Translations under genes and position numbers: made by a program
Shown here: positions 1-13,122 of the stretch, piece after piece
How positions within the stretch are numbered: the first letter of the stretch is position 1
Layout of the letters: every line of letters begins with the position of its first letter
Notes under the pieces: model-generated
What the model was told of the DNA's origin: nothing
The model's database searches: none
What the model saw: only the letters and a program-made list of their open reading frames with translations
Source: Ruditapes philippinarum
Taxonomy: Eukaryota
Assembly: GCF_026571515.1 (NCBI RefSeq)
Contig: NW_026865263.1
Coordinates: 62,001-126,000 of the forward strand
DNA: 64,000 nt
Reading direction: 5' to 3'

Positions 1-529
1 CTTTCCAAACACTGTGCCGGGTCCCTTTGGCTGGTACTTACAAATATACATTTTATTTGGAACTTCAGGAATTTGGAGCTGCTCACTCCAAATGTATGTG
101 CAATCAATTGCACTGCATTGTTAATAATTAATTCGACTGCATTTTTAATAACCTACAGTTCCGTATTTGTACATGTACAGATGTAATTTGAACAGGTCAA
201 ACAATTATACTTACACAAGCATGTTAAAATATAGATTGCATAGGATTTTTACCAAGATGAAACACAAATGGTGTCAAACTCAGCTCCAATCCTGTAAGGG
301 GAGATCACTGCGTGGGACACGGAAGTTTACGCCACTTGCAACGCAAAAGGGAAGCACTTTTGTATATTTAGTATTGTGCGAAATCAACATGCACGGGACA
401 TTCAGAATTATTATCTGTGGAAAATTTTTCGACAATGTACAGGAATCAAAATTATGCTCATTCTACAGATTAAAGGATATATACCATGTGAAAAAGAAGT
501 TAACAACGGAAATCTTTAGTCCAACTAAT

Positions 530-975
530 TAGACCCATCGGTGCTTGGACTCCTTTCTTGCATACATAAACGACGTCCTACAGGACGTCCAATCAAAAGA
601 ACGTCTTTTTGCTAATGTTACTGCTATTTACCCAACACTGACATCAGGTCAGCTTTAGGAAACCATTTAAACGACTTTAATACCTTGGAAAAGTAGGAGT
701 TGAATGGGACATGGAGTTCAACCCATCCAAATATCAAGTCACCCACATCGCAAGAACGAAGCATCCTATACTGATTATATCTTTTTAATGAAACTACTTT
801 AGAGGTGGTAACATCGGCCTTGGCGTTGATGTATCAAATGATCTCTAATTGTACAAATACATAAACAGGTCGACAAAAAGGCAAACCAAACTCTTACGTT
901 GTACTCAGAACCTCTTAAGGCCAAGACATAAAAAGACACTTGTTCGACCACAACTAGAATATGCATCTTAAGTCT
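530..975 (+). mobile_element. Degenerate non-LTR retrotransposon (CR1/L2-type LINE) reverse transcriptase fragment
   Basis: Frame-broken translation gives SVLG..FLAYIND, RLFANVTAIY (F/YADD-like), WDMEFNPSKYQVTHI, LGVDVSNDL and KTLVRPQLEYAS, in the order expected for the RT core and its C-terminal region; multiple stops and frameshifts. Confidence 0.8.
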
Positions 976-1574
976 AATTTCCCACTTTTTCTTCTATATG
1001 TATATAATATTTTAAATACGTCTTCTTTTAAATCACTGTTTAACTTTTTTACTGCTTTGACACACCGACTGTCTACGTCCACGCGATGGATTTGACAGAA
1101 AACAGCGTTTTCAAAGTCAAAATAGATATATTGTATGGACACATAGGCGGATGCTTCTAATTTAAAATTTTACCATTTCATGTTAAATATTAAGTACTAC
1201 CGGTGCTGTTGTCGTGGACGCAATTGCATTTTCTAGTACTGTCCATGAACACGCTCAATCAAACCGATCCATGCAACATTCTCGATATGGTGGTACTAGT
1301 ATTTGGTTTTCTTTAGGGATTCCATTTTTCTCTATTTTGATATAATTTTGGACGGGCGTTTTTTTAACGGTTTGACAGTGGATAAAACCTGACTGTAAAA
1401 TGGGTGAAACAATTCATGCTTTATTAATAAGGGTAGGAACACTAGAATGTTTTAACTATCATTTTCTTTGTGTATTTTTATATGTCTATTTTTTTTTCAA
1501 TTATTGCATTTCAAGTTAAGCGACACAATATAGCGACTCGTTGCCTCGCCCATCGCATCGCCATGTTCTGTTGC

Positions 1575-1848
1575 TTAGCTAAATCAATTGACTGAGTGTA
1601 TTCAAACCATTTACCCCTTATCGCTGTGGGTTCAAATCCCGCCAGGAACTTTGGATTCTTTCATTTGAGAAGCTATCAAACTAGCTTATGGAATGGTTAT
1701 GGGTGGTTTCTTTTCATGTATCCGCTTGTGCCTGAAATAATGCACAGATGGACACCTGCATGATGTCTTCCTCCACGACTACAGCTAGAAAGACGACGCC
1801 ATATGACATCGACTGTGTTGATGCGACGTTAAATCCAACAAAAAATAA
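1575..1848 (+). mobile_element. tRNA-derived SINE copy
   Basis: B-box-like GGTTCAAATCC; body (gaagctatc..gtggtt..gtgcctgaaata..tcctcca..agctagaaag..gcgacgttaaa) shared with copies at ~17885 and ~34815; A-rich tail. Confidence 0.7.
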
Positions 1849-2621
1849 TACACACCATTCGCATAACATATAATTATAACATGCATTCATTTATATAATA
1901 GCTTCAAACAAATAACGATATAAATACAAATGTACTTAAATATTTGTTAAATTCTCAAAACACGGTTTTCGCTGCGAGATACATATAGGCTACCTTTTTG
2001 TTATTATTCTATTTATAACCATTGTATCAACTTCTTTTTCCTCTAAACATGTGTTAAGATACTCCTTCATAACAACTATAAATAAAATACTTTGAAGTCA
2101 TGAGAAAGTTAAAGGATTTCAAAATTAATATTGTTTTTCTCACGATTACGAGAATGTGCTTCATCTAAACACAAGGAAGAAACACTTCATCCATTCTATA
2201 ATTTTCCTATTTGTATAAGGAAAATGTGTTTTCCTTGTTTTAACATAGTAATACTTTAAAGCACACAGGACAAATACATTGTTTTATTTTCACTATACAG
2301 AAGATTGATATCGCGCCTGTTTATGTTTTAACCCGTTAATACCAGTCTGGATAGAAACATTTTAGCAGGTATGTGTCTTTTCTTTTTTAATGTTTTATTC
2401 TTCTAAAATCAACAAATCATTTTTTAATTTTTCTGTAATTGTCATCTTATATAAATTTATATTTTTTTAAACAAAAAGAGCTAATTTGACGTAAATATTA
2501 TTGAGGTACAATTAAGAATATATTATAAATAACAGACTACATCTTTTAAGAAGTTTATCACATGAACTTAGTTCACATTATTTTTGCTTACCATATTTCC
2601 AGGATAATTAACAAGTCGGAA

Positions 2622-5600
2622 ATGAAAGCGAGTATTATTTGGTTCATAATCATTGCAAAACATGTCAAAGACATCAGCTCTACAGGTATTAATTATCATT
2701 ATTTCAAACCTTGCTGAAACAATTTTCTGTATTCGTCGTTTTTTTAACCTGCGTCTTTTCCCCCTTTTTTGCTGTTTTTATTATTATTTTCTTGTGCCGA
2801 AATGACTTTTTACATTTTTCACATAGTTTACTTGAATGGCAGTTGTTTCCCATGAACGATAAATTCATATAATGCATTCACGTGTTGTCAATGCATTCCA
2901 AGGGTAGATAAAAGTACACGTACTTTTGTTTTGTAAGTACATGTATTGAAAAAGCTCTCTAATCAATTTATTATAAAGAAAAATATAGTTTGCGAACTAT
3001 ATCTTTACACTTTTCTTCAGCGTGTTGTGAAGACGGATGGATATCGTACAATTCACATTGTTATTTGATAGGACAAGAAGAACGGACATTTATGGCAGCA
3101 CATGTAAGAATTTATAGCTGATCAGTGAGGAGACAGACTTTCGATAGGGCAAGGGTTCAAACCCCAGAATATGCAATATTTTTTTCAATATTTTTTTTCC
3201 TTCTCCTTTTTGTTTTGTCAGATTTTTTTCTTAATTCATATCTAAAATATGTAATTAAAAAATGAAGTTTTAAGTATATTTTTTACTGTGAAATATGTGA
3301 AATTGGATAGCATAACTAATGAAAATGATTATTTTGTCGTTTCTATTGTTTAATGAAGTATTAACTATATTACATTTCAGCACTTTTATGATCAACAAGC
3401 CGCGTATCTAGTCCGAATTGATGACTACTGGGAGAATAAGTTTCTTAAAGATCTCCTTAGAAATTTGGAAGGTAATATTTAATAATAATGTGTTTTTGTA
3501 ACACACCTAGGTCAAAAATATGAATAAAATGACGCTGTTTGCAAGATACAAAAAAAATATTGGCGATTCTTAAGATGTGCTGGTGATAGTGGCCATAGTT
3601 CTGTATCAATAATTTAACGATGATTAGTTATTGAAAAGTAACAGTTGGAAGATTTGACGTCAATTTTGTAAACAGTATAATATTTTAATGTTTTGTTATG
3701 CATGGTGTATCAATCAATAAAGAAATCATCCAACTTTAGTATAAAACACCGATAAATGTACTATTTTGGCCATTGACATGTTAATATAATTATATAAGGG
3801 CATACGGACTTTGTTATTTGGTGAATAGCAGGACTTGTATGAAGGCCTCCATGACGAGTGCATGCCATAGAACTGATGCAACGACGTAAAATGACCTCCA
3901 TAGAATTATGATCCCCTTAATTTTTTATTGACTCCCTGATCATGATATTATGACCCTCAGTCAAAGTATTAATTTCGAATTTCGAATACCGCAAACTTCA
4001 TTTATAGAGTAAAAATATGATTTCTTAATAAACTGACAGAAGCCGCATATATAATATGTTGGCGAGGGTGATATAAAATCTTGACAGGTATTAAATATCC
4101 ACATATATCACTCCAAAACCAAAATAATAATTTTATAACCATTCCCCTGCCGAGTAAAACGATTTTAATGACGCCACTATGTCTGTACATGAAGTATTTG
4201 TTTTCGTTCCTAACAAATGTAAACAAGAGAAAAAGAGTAGTCTGTTTAAGACACTTATTTTGTAATTAATATCAAGCTTTGACAATGTCATATTTGTTTT
4301 AAATACCGGTGAAAATATTTATCATTACTCTATTTTGGTAAATATGTTTTAATTTGACAGTTAACAAGTGCTACTAGATCTAATTCTGGATTTACACTGC
4401 GCATCATCAAACCGTACGCGCATTGCCATAACGACGTGGGTACCCAAAGAGGAAATTTAATGGCTGGCTTGATTATATAAATCTCTTTCGTCCGCCCATT
4501 CATCTATGATATACATGTACAATTATATGGAAGGGAATATCCGCCACTCTAATTAATATGAATACATTGTAATTAATATGAAGACATTCTTATTATTTTG
4601 AAGACATTCTTATTGATAGGAAGACATTATTATTATGAAAACATTGTTATTAAATTTATGAAAACATTATTATTAATACGTTGTAATCATTATGCAATAT
4701 TAAGATGTTGTACTTGCTGACGTAACTTGAGTTCTTATTGAAATATGCGAACATTCAATTTACACTTCAGATCTAAGGCTGTAAACTATAATTAGATATT
4801 TAATTTGCTGGCTTTCTAATATTTTTCCTTTATTTGAATTTGCTCTCTAAAATTAATTTGACACACATTTTATTCTTACAGTGTTTCAGTATTTATTTTA
4901 CAAAAATCATGGTAATTTTAGTCGCATGCTGACATTGTGTATTATGTATTCGAAACAGCAGTTTGCATAGCACACTAAGAGTTTCGAAGTATAATTCAAA
5001 ATTAATTAGGTTTTTGCGCTAGAATTGGCCCTTTTAATCAACGAGGAATAACTGGTAAAAATTAAAAAAAATAATAACCGCTCCCTGACCGGTGTTCACA
5101 AATCTGATACTACGAAAATAGAAAACTAATCCGATCATGTGGAGGTTCATGACTACCAAATGTTTCCCCTATATTTAACGTATAGTAAAAAGGCCAAGTT
5201 TGAGGCAAAATATCTCAAAATCCGCCGCATACAGTATGCCACATGCATACCTTTTCTGACAGATCTTAAAAAATGAGTTGATTTAATGAATAAAAATGAT
5301 GTTTTACAAGGCAGGGTATCACGATGTTTTATCGGATCTTTTCCATGAGGTGATTTTTACGTCCGCACCGAAAGTGATCAGTTGGTATTTAACAGCGACC
5401 TCTGTCATAAGAAAACGCACAGTCACTTCAAAATTGGTTCCCCGCTTCGTTTTTTGATAACGTCAACATTGTTATGAAGATGATTTTGTTTTAATTAGTC
5501 AATTTTTAACAGCATTTTATAATGCGAATGATGTTTCGATTGTTTTGATTAAATGTTGAACATTTTATTACAAATGAATTAACAAATATTCGGTAGCGTC

Positions 5601-7105
5601 CATACAATGAATACCTAATGTTGATTTTAATGTGTGATTTTGAATTTAAATGTATTAAATATATTTTAAGGGAAATCATACCAATTTTCAGAATGAAACA
5701 AGAAGAACGTGTATAAAAATAAAATTAACGTATAACAAAGATATATTTCAAAATACCTTTATAATTATAAAGATACGAAATACATTAAGTCTTGAAAATA
5801 ACCAAAATCTAACATCAAATTCACTAACGCAAAAGTAAAAACGGAAATTAGAATGTCATAAAGCATATAATAAGTGAACTGGCGGATAATCCCTTCCATA
5901 CAATTCTGGTAAAATCCAATTAACCATTGAAAAGTTTAAAAGAATATCTGGTCATCAGATGTCTACTAGTTCATCGTCACTTGCTGCATTTCTTGCTTGG
6001 ACGCCATTGGATGCTTTGCATCAATGACTTTCTTGTTTAACATGATAAACCATTTGGCGCGAAACATGTTATAGACATTTTGAAAAATAAAGTCGGTTTG
6101 CTTTATTTACATGTAGATTTGAATATTTACAAGAATGATTAGTTGTTGATATTTGTAGAAAGTGAGTAGCATTATAGGTGAAAAAGAAAATGTACATACT
6201 TTGATATTTTTATCATCTGATATTACTGACTACAGTAGTGACACAAACAGAACAATGTTGCACTACTGTCATGTCACATTACATTTACAAGTCTTGTAAG
6301 TCTTGTTTGTATTGGAATTACTTTCCTTACCAGGTAGGCATCAGTGAAAGCATTTTTTTTAAAATTTAATATCTGGCCCCTCTGTCATGGACAGTGCATA
6401 CGATAAGTATAATTACGCAAATTAAAATGATTTACACAGCATCCGGAATAATGTACACTAGTCCTTAATCTAAATAGAAAATGATTTGCGCGCAGAAATG
6501 ATTTTGTATGGTATCTGTAATGAGCGAATTTTTTACGCGGAGCTTCTCAATTGATGCATTGCAGCAACATTTGTACTTGTATATCAAAGAGTTAAAATTT
6601 CATTACAATGTGGATAGAAATACTTGTCAGGTTTCGAGGGGGGGGGGTCAGCTCGGAAAAGAAAGAAACAAAGAAAGTTAAGCCGTGCAAATAAAGTTTT
6701 GTGTCGATAATTTTGGAAAATGGGCCCTTTTCGTAAAAATTAAAAAAAAAAATGAAATTAATTTAAATGCAGTGTAATTCTAAACTAGAGTATTGTTTAA
6801 AAATGTTAATTAATATTTATCATCATAAACTAGTTTGGGTTTTAAACGATGCATTGCCTTATTTCCATGACTGTCTTATTTTTTATTAAGTGTCCGATAC
6901 ATGGACGGGCTTGTCTGACCAGAGGTCAGAGGGAATCTGGAGATGGTTTAACACGTATAACCATGCATCAATGTCTGACTGGGGTCCAGGGGAGCCAAAC
7001 AACCTAGGAAATGAAGACTGCGTTGGATTTTATACCGAAAAGAATTATCATTGGAATGACTTCAAATGCAACAGAAAATTAAGGCCATTGTGTGAGAAAC
7101 TGTAA
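2622..7105 (+). CDS. Secreted single-domain C-type lectin (perlucin-like), 150 aa, EPN/WND motifs; coding exons 2622-2685, 3021-3103, 3381-3471, 6891-7105
   Basis: Phase-consistent GT-AG joins give MKASIIWFIIIAKHVKDISSTACCEDGWISYNSHCYLIGQEERTFMAAHHFYDQQAAYLVRIDDYWENKFLKDLLRNLEVSDTWTGLSDQRSEGIWRW...WGPGEPNNLGNEDC...WNDFKC..LRPLCEKL*; AATAAA at 7217. Confidence 0.9.
4521..5905. mobile_element. Non-autonomous TIR element in intron 3 of the lectin gene
   Basis: Imperfect 26-bp inverted ends aattatatggaagggaatatccgcca (4521-4546) and tggcggataatcccttccatacaatt (5880-5905); short ~20-bp tandem repeats inside the left end. Confidence 0.6.
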
Positions 7106-8240
7106 ATTATTGAACATGAGCATTGTTTACGTTAACTATTTTTTGATATATAAGGTTTTGAGAGAAAAAATAAGATGGTTTATTTTATATTTGATGTACA
7201 TTGTATAGACGCCAGAAATAAACGAAAATGTATACGAAGATTACTAGTAATCAGTCTTGGGTCAATATTGCATATCAAAATAAAAGGTCTAGTGGAATGC
7301 ACAATTGAATTCATGTGCTCCTAAATTGGTAAGGATTATTTCTAGCTTTTATATTACTCAAAACATTACAATATTGCAATAAAAAGAAAGATAAAAACTC
7401 ATGGTGTCCATGTTTAAAAAGCACAATGATTATTTTGTATATATTTTAATGTCAATAAAAGTTAACGCCTCTTTTTTATGTTATTCTTTCATTTGTCGAC
7501 AGCAAACTACTTTAAGTGCTTACGACCACACTGAGTCAATTTTATGATAGATATTTTTAATCTACAGGTTCATTTGAAACTAAGTTATATCTAATTGGTT
7601 AAACAATGCAAAGCCATGAAATGGAAGTCCACCATTCTGGTTCCTAACTGCTGAGACTTAGTTGAAACCTTGTTTTAAACATATTATATTAGTGCATTGT
7701 TTATCAATGGTTTACCAAGGTAAAGCGTGGTTTTCGATACAGCCATTTTCCCGTTCCAGAAACAATCCTGGTTGAGTTAAACATGCCCCGATTACTGCAT
7801 ATAGCTCTCGACGAATATACATGGTGCATATCCATATCGATACCCTCTGTGAAATGTACTAAAACGGTACCATCTTTGCACATGCACAGGTCATTCTCTG
7901 CTGAAAACAATCGGGGGGGGGGGGGGCATATACCATTCCAGTAAATAATGTATCAAAGTTCCAGCTTGCCAAAGAGATCAAATTTCCAATATCATCAACA
8001 TCTTCATATCCATCCTATGATTATATTACTTTGAGATAACTATTTTACTTCATAACGGAATGAAGAATGATGGTTCCATTTGAAAAGTAAAGATAATTGC
8101 CAAAGGAGTTTCAATTCGACCGTTGTTAGTTTGGAATATATTTAGACGATTTAGACAATTAAACAAATATTTATTGTGTTATGTTGAAACTGATCATCTT
8201 GTCTTTTTAAGTAATTTAACTTTTAAGACATCATTTTTAG

Positions 8241-8331
8241 CACTTCTGTTCTAAACAAGCTGCTTATCTTGTCCGAATCGAATACTTTTGGGAGAACAAC
8301 TTCCTGAAAGGTCTTTCTAAGAATTTGAAAG
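8241..8331 (+). pseudogene. Orphan C-type lectin exon (paralogue of exon 3381-3471)
   Basis: 91 nt, same length and phase, intact AG/GT; HFCSKQAAYLVRIEYFWENNFLKGLSKNLK; no intact partner exons nearby. Confidence 0.8.
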
Positions 8332-8558
8332 GTAATAAATCATATTTTTGTCGTACCTTGCTCACATATAAAAATACATGCAATGGCGCCGTTATGCTTG
8401 TGAAGACACATATGATTGGTTAAGGCTATTGTTCTCTCATCAGACTACGTGCTAAGCTGCTAATTTCTCTGACTATTATTGACATACATAAGAAAAGATA
8501 TTGATTATTGTTTTGAAATGTGCATGACTGTATTTACAATAACATAACAAATAATGGC

Positions 8559-9382
8559 AAGAAAAGACACCCTGCCCATTGGATCTATGGTAATCCGTCT
8601 GTCTGTCCGTCCGTCCTTCTGTCCGACATTTTTGTCCGGAGCATATCTCAAAAAGTATTTGAGGTATCAACTTGAAACTTCGTAGGTGGGTTTATCTTTT
8701 TAAGGAGGAATGCTGTGCGGAAGAGTGATAACTCTACCTTTTATAATGTGGATAGATTATAGTGAGGAGGTGTGCAGTGCACAAGAATGATAACTCATCC
8801 CTGCATATTTTTTCAGTTATTGCCCTTTGTTATTTTTCAAAATTAATTTTTGTCCAGATCATAACTCAAAAAGCCTTTGATATATCAACATAAAACTTCA
8901 TAGGTGGGTTTATCTTTTTAAGGAGGAATGCTGTGCGGAAGAGTGATAACTCTACCTTTTATAATTTTTGAGTTATTGCCCTTTGTTATTTTTCATACAT
9001 TTTGTCTGGAGCTTATCTCAAAAAGTACTAATCATTTATTGCCCTTTGTTTTTTATTTCATACTTACTTTCACCTGAGTGGGCATAACTCAAAAGTATTT
9101 GAGATGTCAACTTGAAACTTCATAGGTGGATAGATCTCATTGAGGAAGAGTGCAGCACACAAGAATGATAACTCTACCCTGCATTATTTTTCAGTTATTG
9201 CCCTTTGTTATTTTCAGCCATCAGTATTCACATAGGTTTCAAGTCTGTAATCACTTCAGCCATCAATTTTCATTACCAAAAGACCTCTTAAAATTGAATT
9301 ATTCTCCTCTACTACATATACATTCTTTCAATGAGCAAACACATTCGGCGGGGGATGGCCATGTTAACATGGCTCTTGTTTA
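8559..9382 (+). mobile_element. Helentron-associated non-autonomous element (HINE/pearl-like) with internal tandem repeats
   Basis: GTCC/GTCT microsatellite near the 5' end; repeated units (tgtccggagcatatctcaaaaagtatt..aacttgaaacttcataggtgg..gagttattgccctttg); 3' hairpin gccatgttaacatggc followed by tcttgttt. Confidence 0.7.
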
Positions 9383-9496
9383 AAGAAGGTTACACATTAA
9401 AAACATACAATAGCAATCATTTATATCTTATTTCCAATGTGGCCCTCTGAAATAGAAAACAACAACAACAATAACAGGACATGCATAGGTAGAAAA

Positions 9497-9541
9497 ATTC
9501 GTTCGTTCATTCATTTATTCATTCATTCATTCATTCATTCA
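9497..9541. repeat. (TTCA)n microsatellite
   Basis: ttcgttcgttcattcatttattcattcattcattcattcattc. Confidence 0.9.
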
Positions 9542-11105
9542 TATGAACATCAAGATATGTTTTGTATTTTTTTTAAAACATTTAAGGTTAATAACATTAC
9601 GAATATTTAAAGGTATATTGTTCCAAATGTTCATGCCATAATAAGAAAATGTGTCTTTATTATAATTTATTTTAGGTCTTGTCCATAATACAATATCTTT
9701 CGTGACCTAGATCTTAAGTTATATATTTTGTTTTCGGATAAAGTCATCAGTATACAGTATTTGTATGCCACAAGTACAATAAAAAGAAGTCACTTTTACA
9801 CAAAATTAAAATATATAGAAATGTTAAATTATATTACTTCGTTAAGTCGAGATATTAAAATTTTGTTTTTATTTTCGTATGAAAACATTCATTTATCATG
9901 GTCCAAATTAATGGCGAGACTAAGCTGAGCATAAATATTAGTAATGAAACAGCTTGAACAATAAAGAGAAATTATTTAACAAATGTTAAAACATATGATT
10001 GCTATTAAGACAACTTAAAGCAATTGTTAAAAAGTAACACCTATTCCTATATAAATATTTAAGTAACAATGTCAATAATGCATTATAAAACAAAAATAAT
10101 ACATGTACATGGTCATTTACATTAGATTTCTTGAAAACATAACTTTTCTTCTTTTCGAGAAAGAACATATTCCATATAGATGAACTTAAGCGTATATCTA
10201 CAAACACTACATATTATCACGTAAATAAATTCCTTATTATTTTGCTGTGAAACTACAAAACCGTAAAATAATCTGAACTTTTTTGTAACAAATATTCCAA
10301 ATTGTTTCCTCGAACCATGTTAAGTCAAAGTCTTTAACGCCGCTATAAATAACATTTACTCACTTAGTCTCCCTCTTCGTTATGAAGATTTCAAAGTATA
10401 AAGCTATGCCTAATCACACATTTTTATAAAATTAACGATAATGTTTTCAAAATTTTAAAAGGTCGATTCTGAATAGAGTTATAACATAGAATAACAAAGC
10501 AGTAGTAGTGCGTGGGGTTAAAGAGACCCATGTACGACTCAAAGCTTTCTGTGTTATAAGTCTCTGATGGAATGTCTCAGTTATCTAACGCACATACATA
10601 CTGTATTGATCGTAAATAGAAAATAAATGTTACGGAACAAATATATATGATGTTATTTTATTATAGTTATAACGTTTTAGCAATGAGTTCATACATGCGC
10701 AATTTCTTCCTTATTTACAATAATTATCCTTCAAACAGGTATTTTGGAACTATTATCTTTTCAAAAACGAACTATAATGTTGTAAACACATCAGCTATAT
10801 AGCTATATACACTTTAAATGAACATTTGTGAAGTTATAAATGAATATTTAAAGGAAATTTATAAAGCAATATCAATTTGTAAACTCGGAATCTTTGAAAA
10901 AAAGGTAGATTTGCGTGTAATTTTACCTTCCATACACCAACTTTCATAAATCTTTTATAAGAAGCTGCAATACGATAAAAAGGCACAGAAAGTTTATTAG
11001 AACATATATATACATTCATTACAGAAACAAAAGACAATAAATAGAATATTCTAGATGGACAAACAATCATTTATTGTTGGTTTTTCAATCATTTGTTGCT
11101 GTTAA

Positions 11106-11345
11106 TTTACAATTGAATCAATAAACCTTTCTTTCAGTTTTTAGATCATAAATTAGAGAACTAGACGCCATAAATTTGCAACTTCCTCAGTAAATTTTAT
11201 GTTAAATTGTAATATTCTCTTTCAAACACAGCTAACATTGCTGTTATAAACACATCAAAATATTGTACGTATATTGTCAAGGTCATATTAACATTATCAA
11301 AAGCGCTAATTGCTTGCATGACCAATATTTGTATGAACAATATCT
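11106..11345 (-). pseudogene. Globin pseudogene, a deleted copy of the 16495-17040 gene
   Basis: Aligns to 16510-16770 (e.g. gaactagacgccat, tttgcaacttcct, aacattgctgttataaaca, aaaatattgtacgt). Deletions remove the F-helix with the proximal His and most of helices A-E; there is also an indel. Confidence 0.85.
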
Positions 11346-11384
11346 GTCAAAATGCTTGTTTGTTTTCTAAGTTTTATTTCTTTA

Positions 11385-11890
11385 CCACCTTTTAATCTTT
11401 ACCTTAACATAATCATACAACAATTCATTCATTTTACATATCTCATTTCAACATATTCATTTTTTTCATCAATAAAATATTCAAAATTGTTTACTTCTTA
11501 AAAAACACATTATTCTGGATTTACAAAGCCACTTTGAATTTTCCCCACCATTTCTGAATGATACAAAACGACAACATTCACATATATAATTCAGAAGAAA
11601 AAAAAACAACAAAAAAACAACAACAAAAAGAACAACAGCAATTACTTTTTTATCATTTAAAATTGTCGTCATCCACGAAGTAACGAGCAGAATATACTCT
11701 AATGGTAATGCCTAATGAATGGTCATGTGCCATGTGATTTGTGTTTACTATATCATTTCAGCAATGTTTCTATCTTGTAACTTATGGCTCATTTACATCA
11801 CAATAAATCCTCGTTACAACAGTAATGTTAGTGAATACTTCGTTAAAAACAGTCAATAAATCAGTACTTAACATAATTATACCCTAGTAT
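11385..11890 (-). repeat. Duplicated globin upstream (5'UTR/promoter) region, paralogous to 17160-17660
   Basis: 11646-11890 versus 17408-17660 differs by about 7 substitutions and 2 indels (manual alignment). Confidence 0.9.
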
Positions 11891-13122
11891 ATTACTCATA
11901 TAATGTTATGATATTTACATTGTAAGTCGTGTAGTAATGTATCAAGCGTGTACCCTGTGCACACATAACCTTAAATGACAGGCCATTTCCACGTGCAAGT
12001 AGTGCAAACCAAAATTAAAGGAGAGAGTTTCTAAAAAAGCTTCTAGCTTTCTACTCAATCCTTTTTGCATTTTATTGTAATATATTGTGTATATATATAT
12101 ATATATACATTTGCTGAAATAAAATATTGTTTAAACCAAACCAAAATGAAACAACATACATGTACTATTATGTTGAATAATTCAAGTATGCCCTCGATCT
12201 GAAAATGACCTTCACTGTCAAGATCAGAGATGAGAAATTTTAATCAATTTTCATACAAGAAAGTTATGTTTTCTTGGAATAACCTTCAACAATAATATTC
12301 TACCAAAGATTAAAAAAATAAATAAATAACCAGCGACTGATTGGCCGTGCAGCGTATTCCACTCGCTAAGATTTCCTAGATTTTAAATCGATAACCATTT
12401 TTATTTTTGCGTGTCATCTTGCTTCACAACATGGGCCATCTTTCCTTAAAATTGTTTGAAATTAACAGACTACTGCTACTTTGCATACACATATAGATCT
12501 GAATGATGAAGCGCCACTTCAAAGATTACGCCACTTGCAATGCCAAAGGGAAGTAACTTTGCAAAACTAAAATTGTATAAGATGGGGGCATGCTTTAAAA
12601 GGATACACAGACTAAGAGGGAATAATCTAAGGGGAAACTATATATTTATAATTAAGCAAAATATATACAAAGACACATTGTGTTTTCTCTATCTTGATTC
12701 AACCGAATCAATAATGAACATCCGCTCTCAAAAATCTTAGAGATATAGGTGCATCGTTCTCTAGTTGTAATAGGTTGCACAAGCCAAGCTGTTTGTTTCT
12801 CCAGGTATAGGCCAAACAAGCTTTTCTTGAGGTAAAGGCTACTGTGACATCGACCTTTGACTAGCTGATCAAATATCAAAAGGTCATCTGTTAGTCAAAA
12901 GGTCATTGTAAATTGTAGAATTGTATTCCTAAGTGTTTTCTAGTAATTTTGTCATACAAGCATTTTGAGTTCAAGGACAAAGTGACTTTAACATTTGATC
13001 GACTGACCGTCATCTACTGATTAGATAATAGAGGTCATTCTTCAATATTGTAAAGTTAAGACCACAAAATATAGCCAAACTATACACAAGCGACACAATA
13101 CACAATCGTTTGTTTGTTTCAG

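Noticed and set aside
167-532. 121-aa ORF and most other short ORFs in the track
   Set aside because: No domain-like features or splice support; they are expected by chance in AT-rich DNA, many with non-ATG starts.
7616-7655. Possible decayed signal-peptide exon for the orphan lectin exon (atggaagtccaccattctggttcctaa resembles atgaaagcgagtattatttggttcataa)
   Set aside because: Similarity is too short, and there is no donor site or exon-2 partner.
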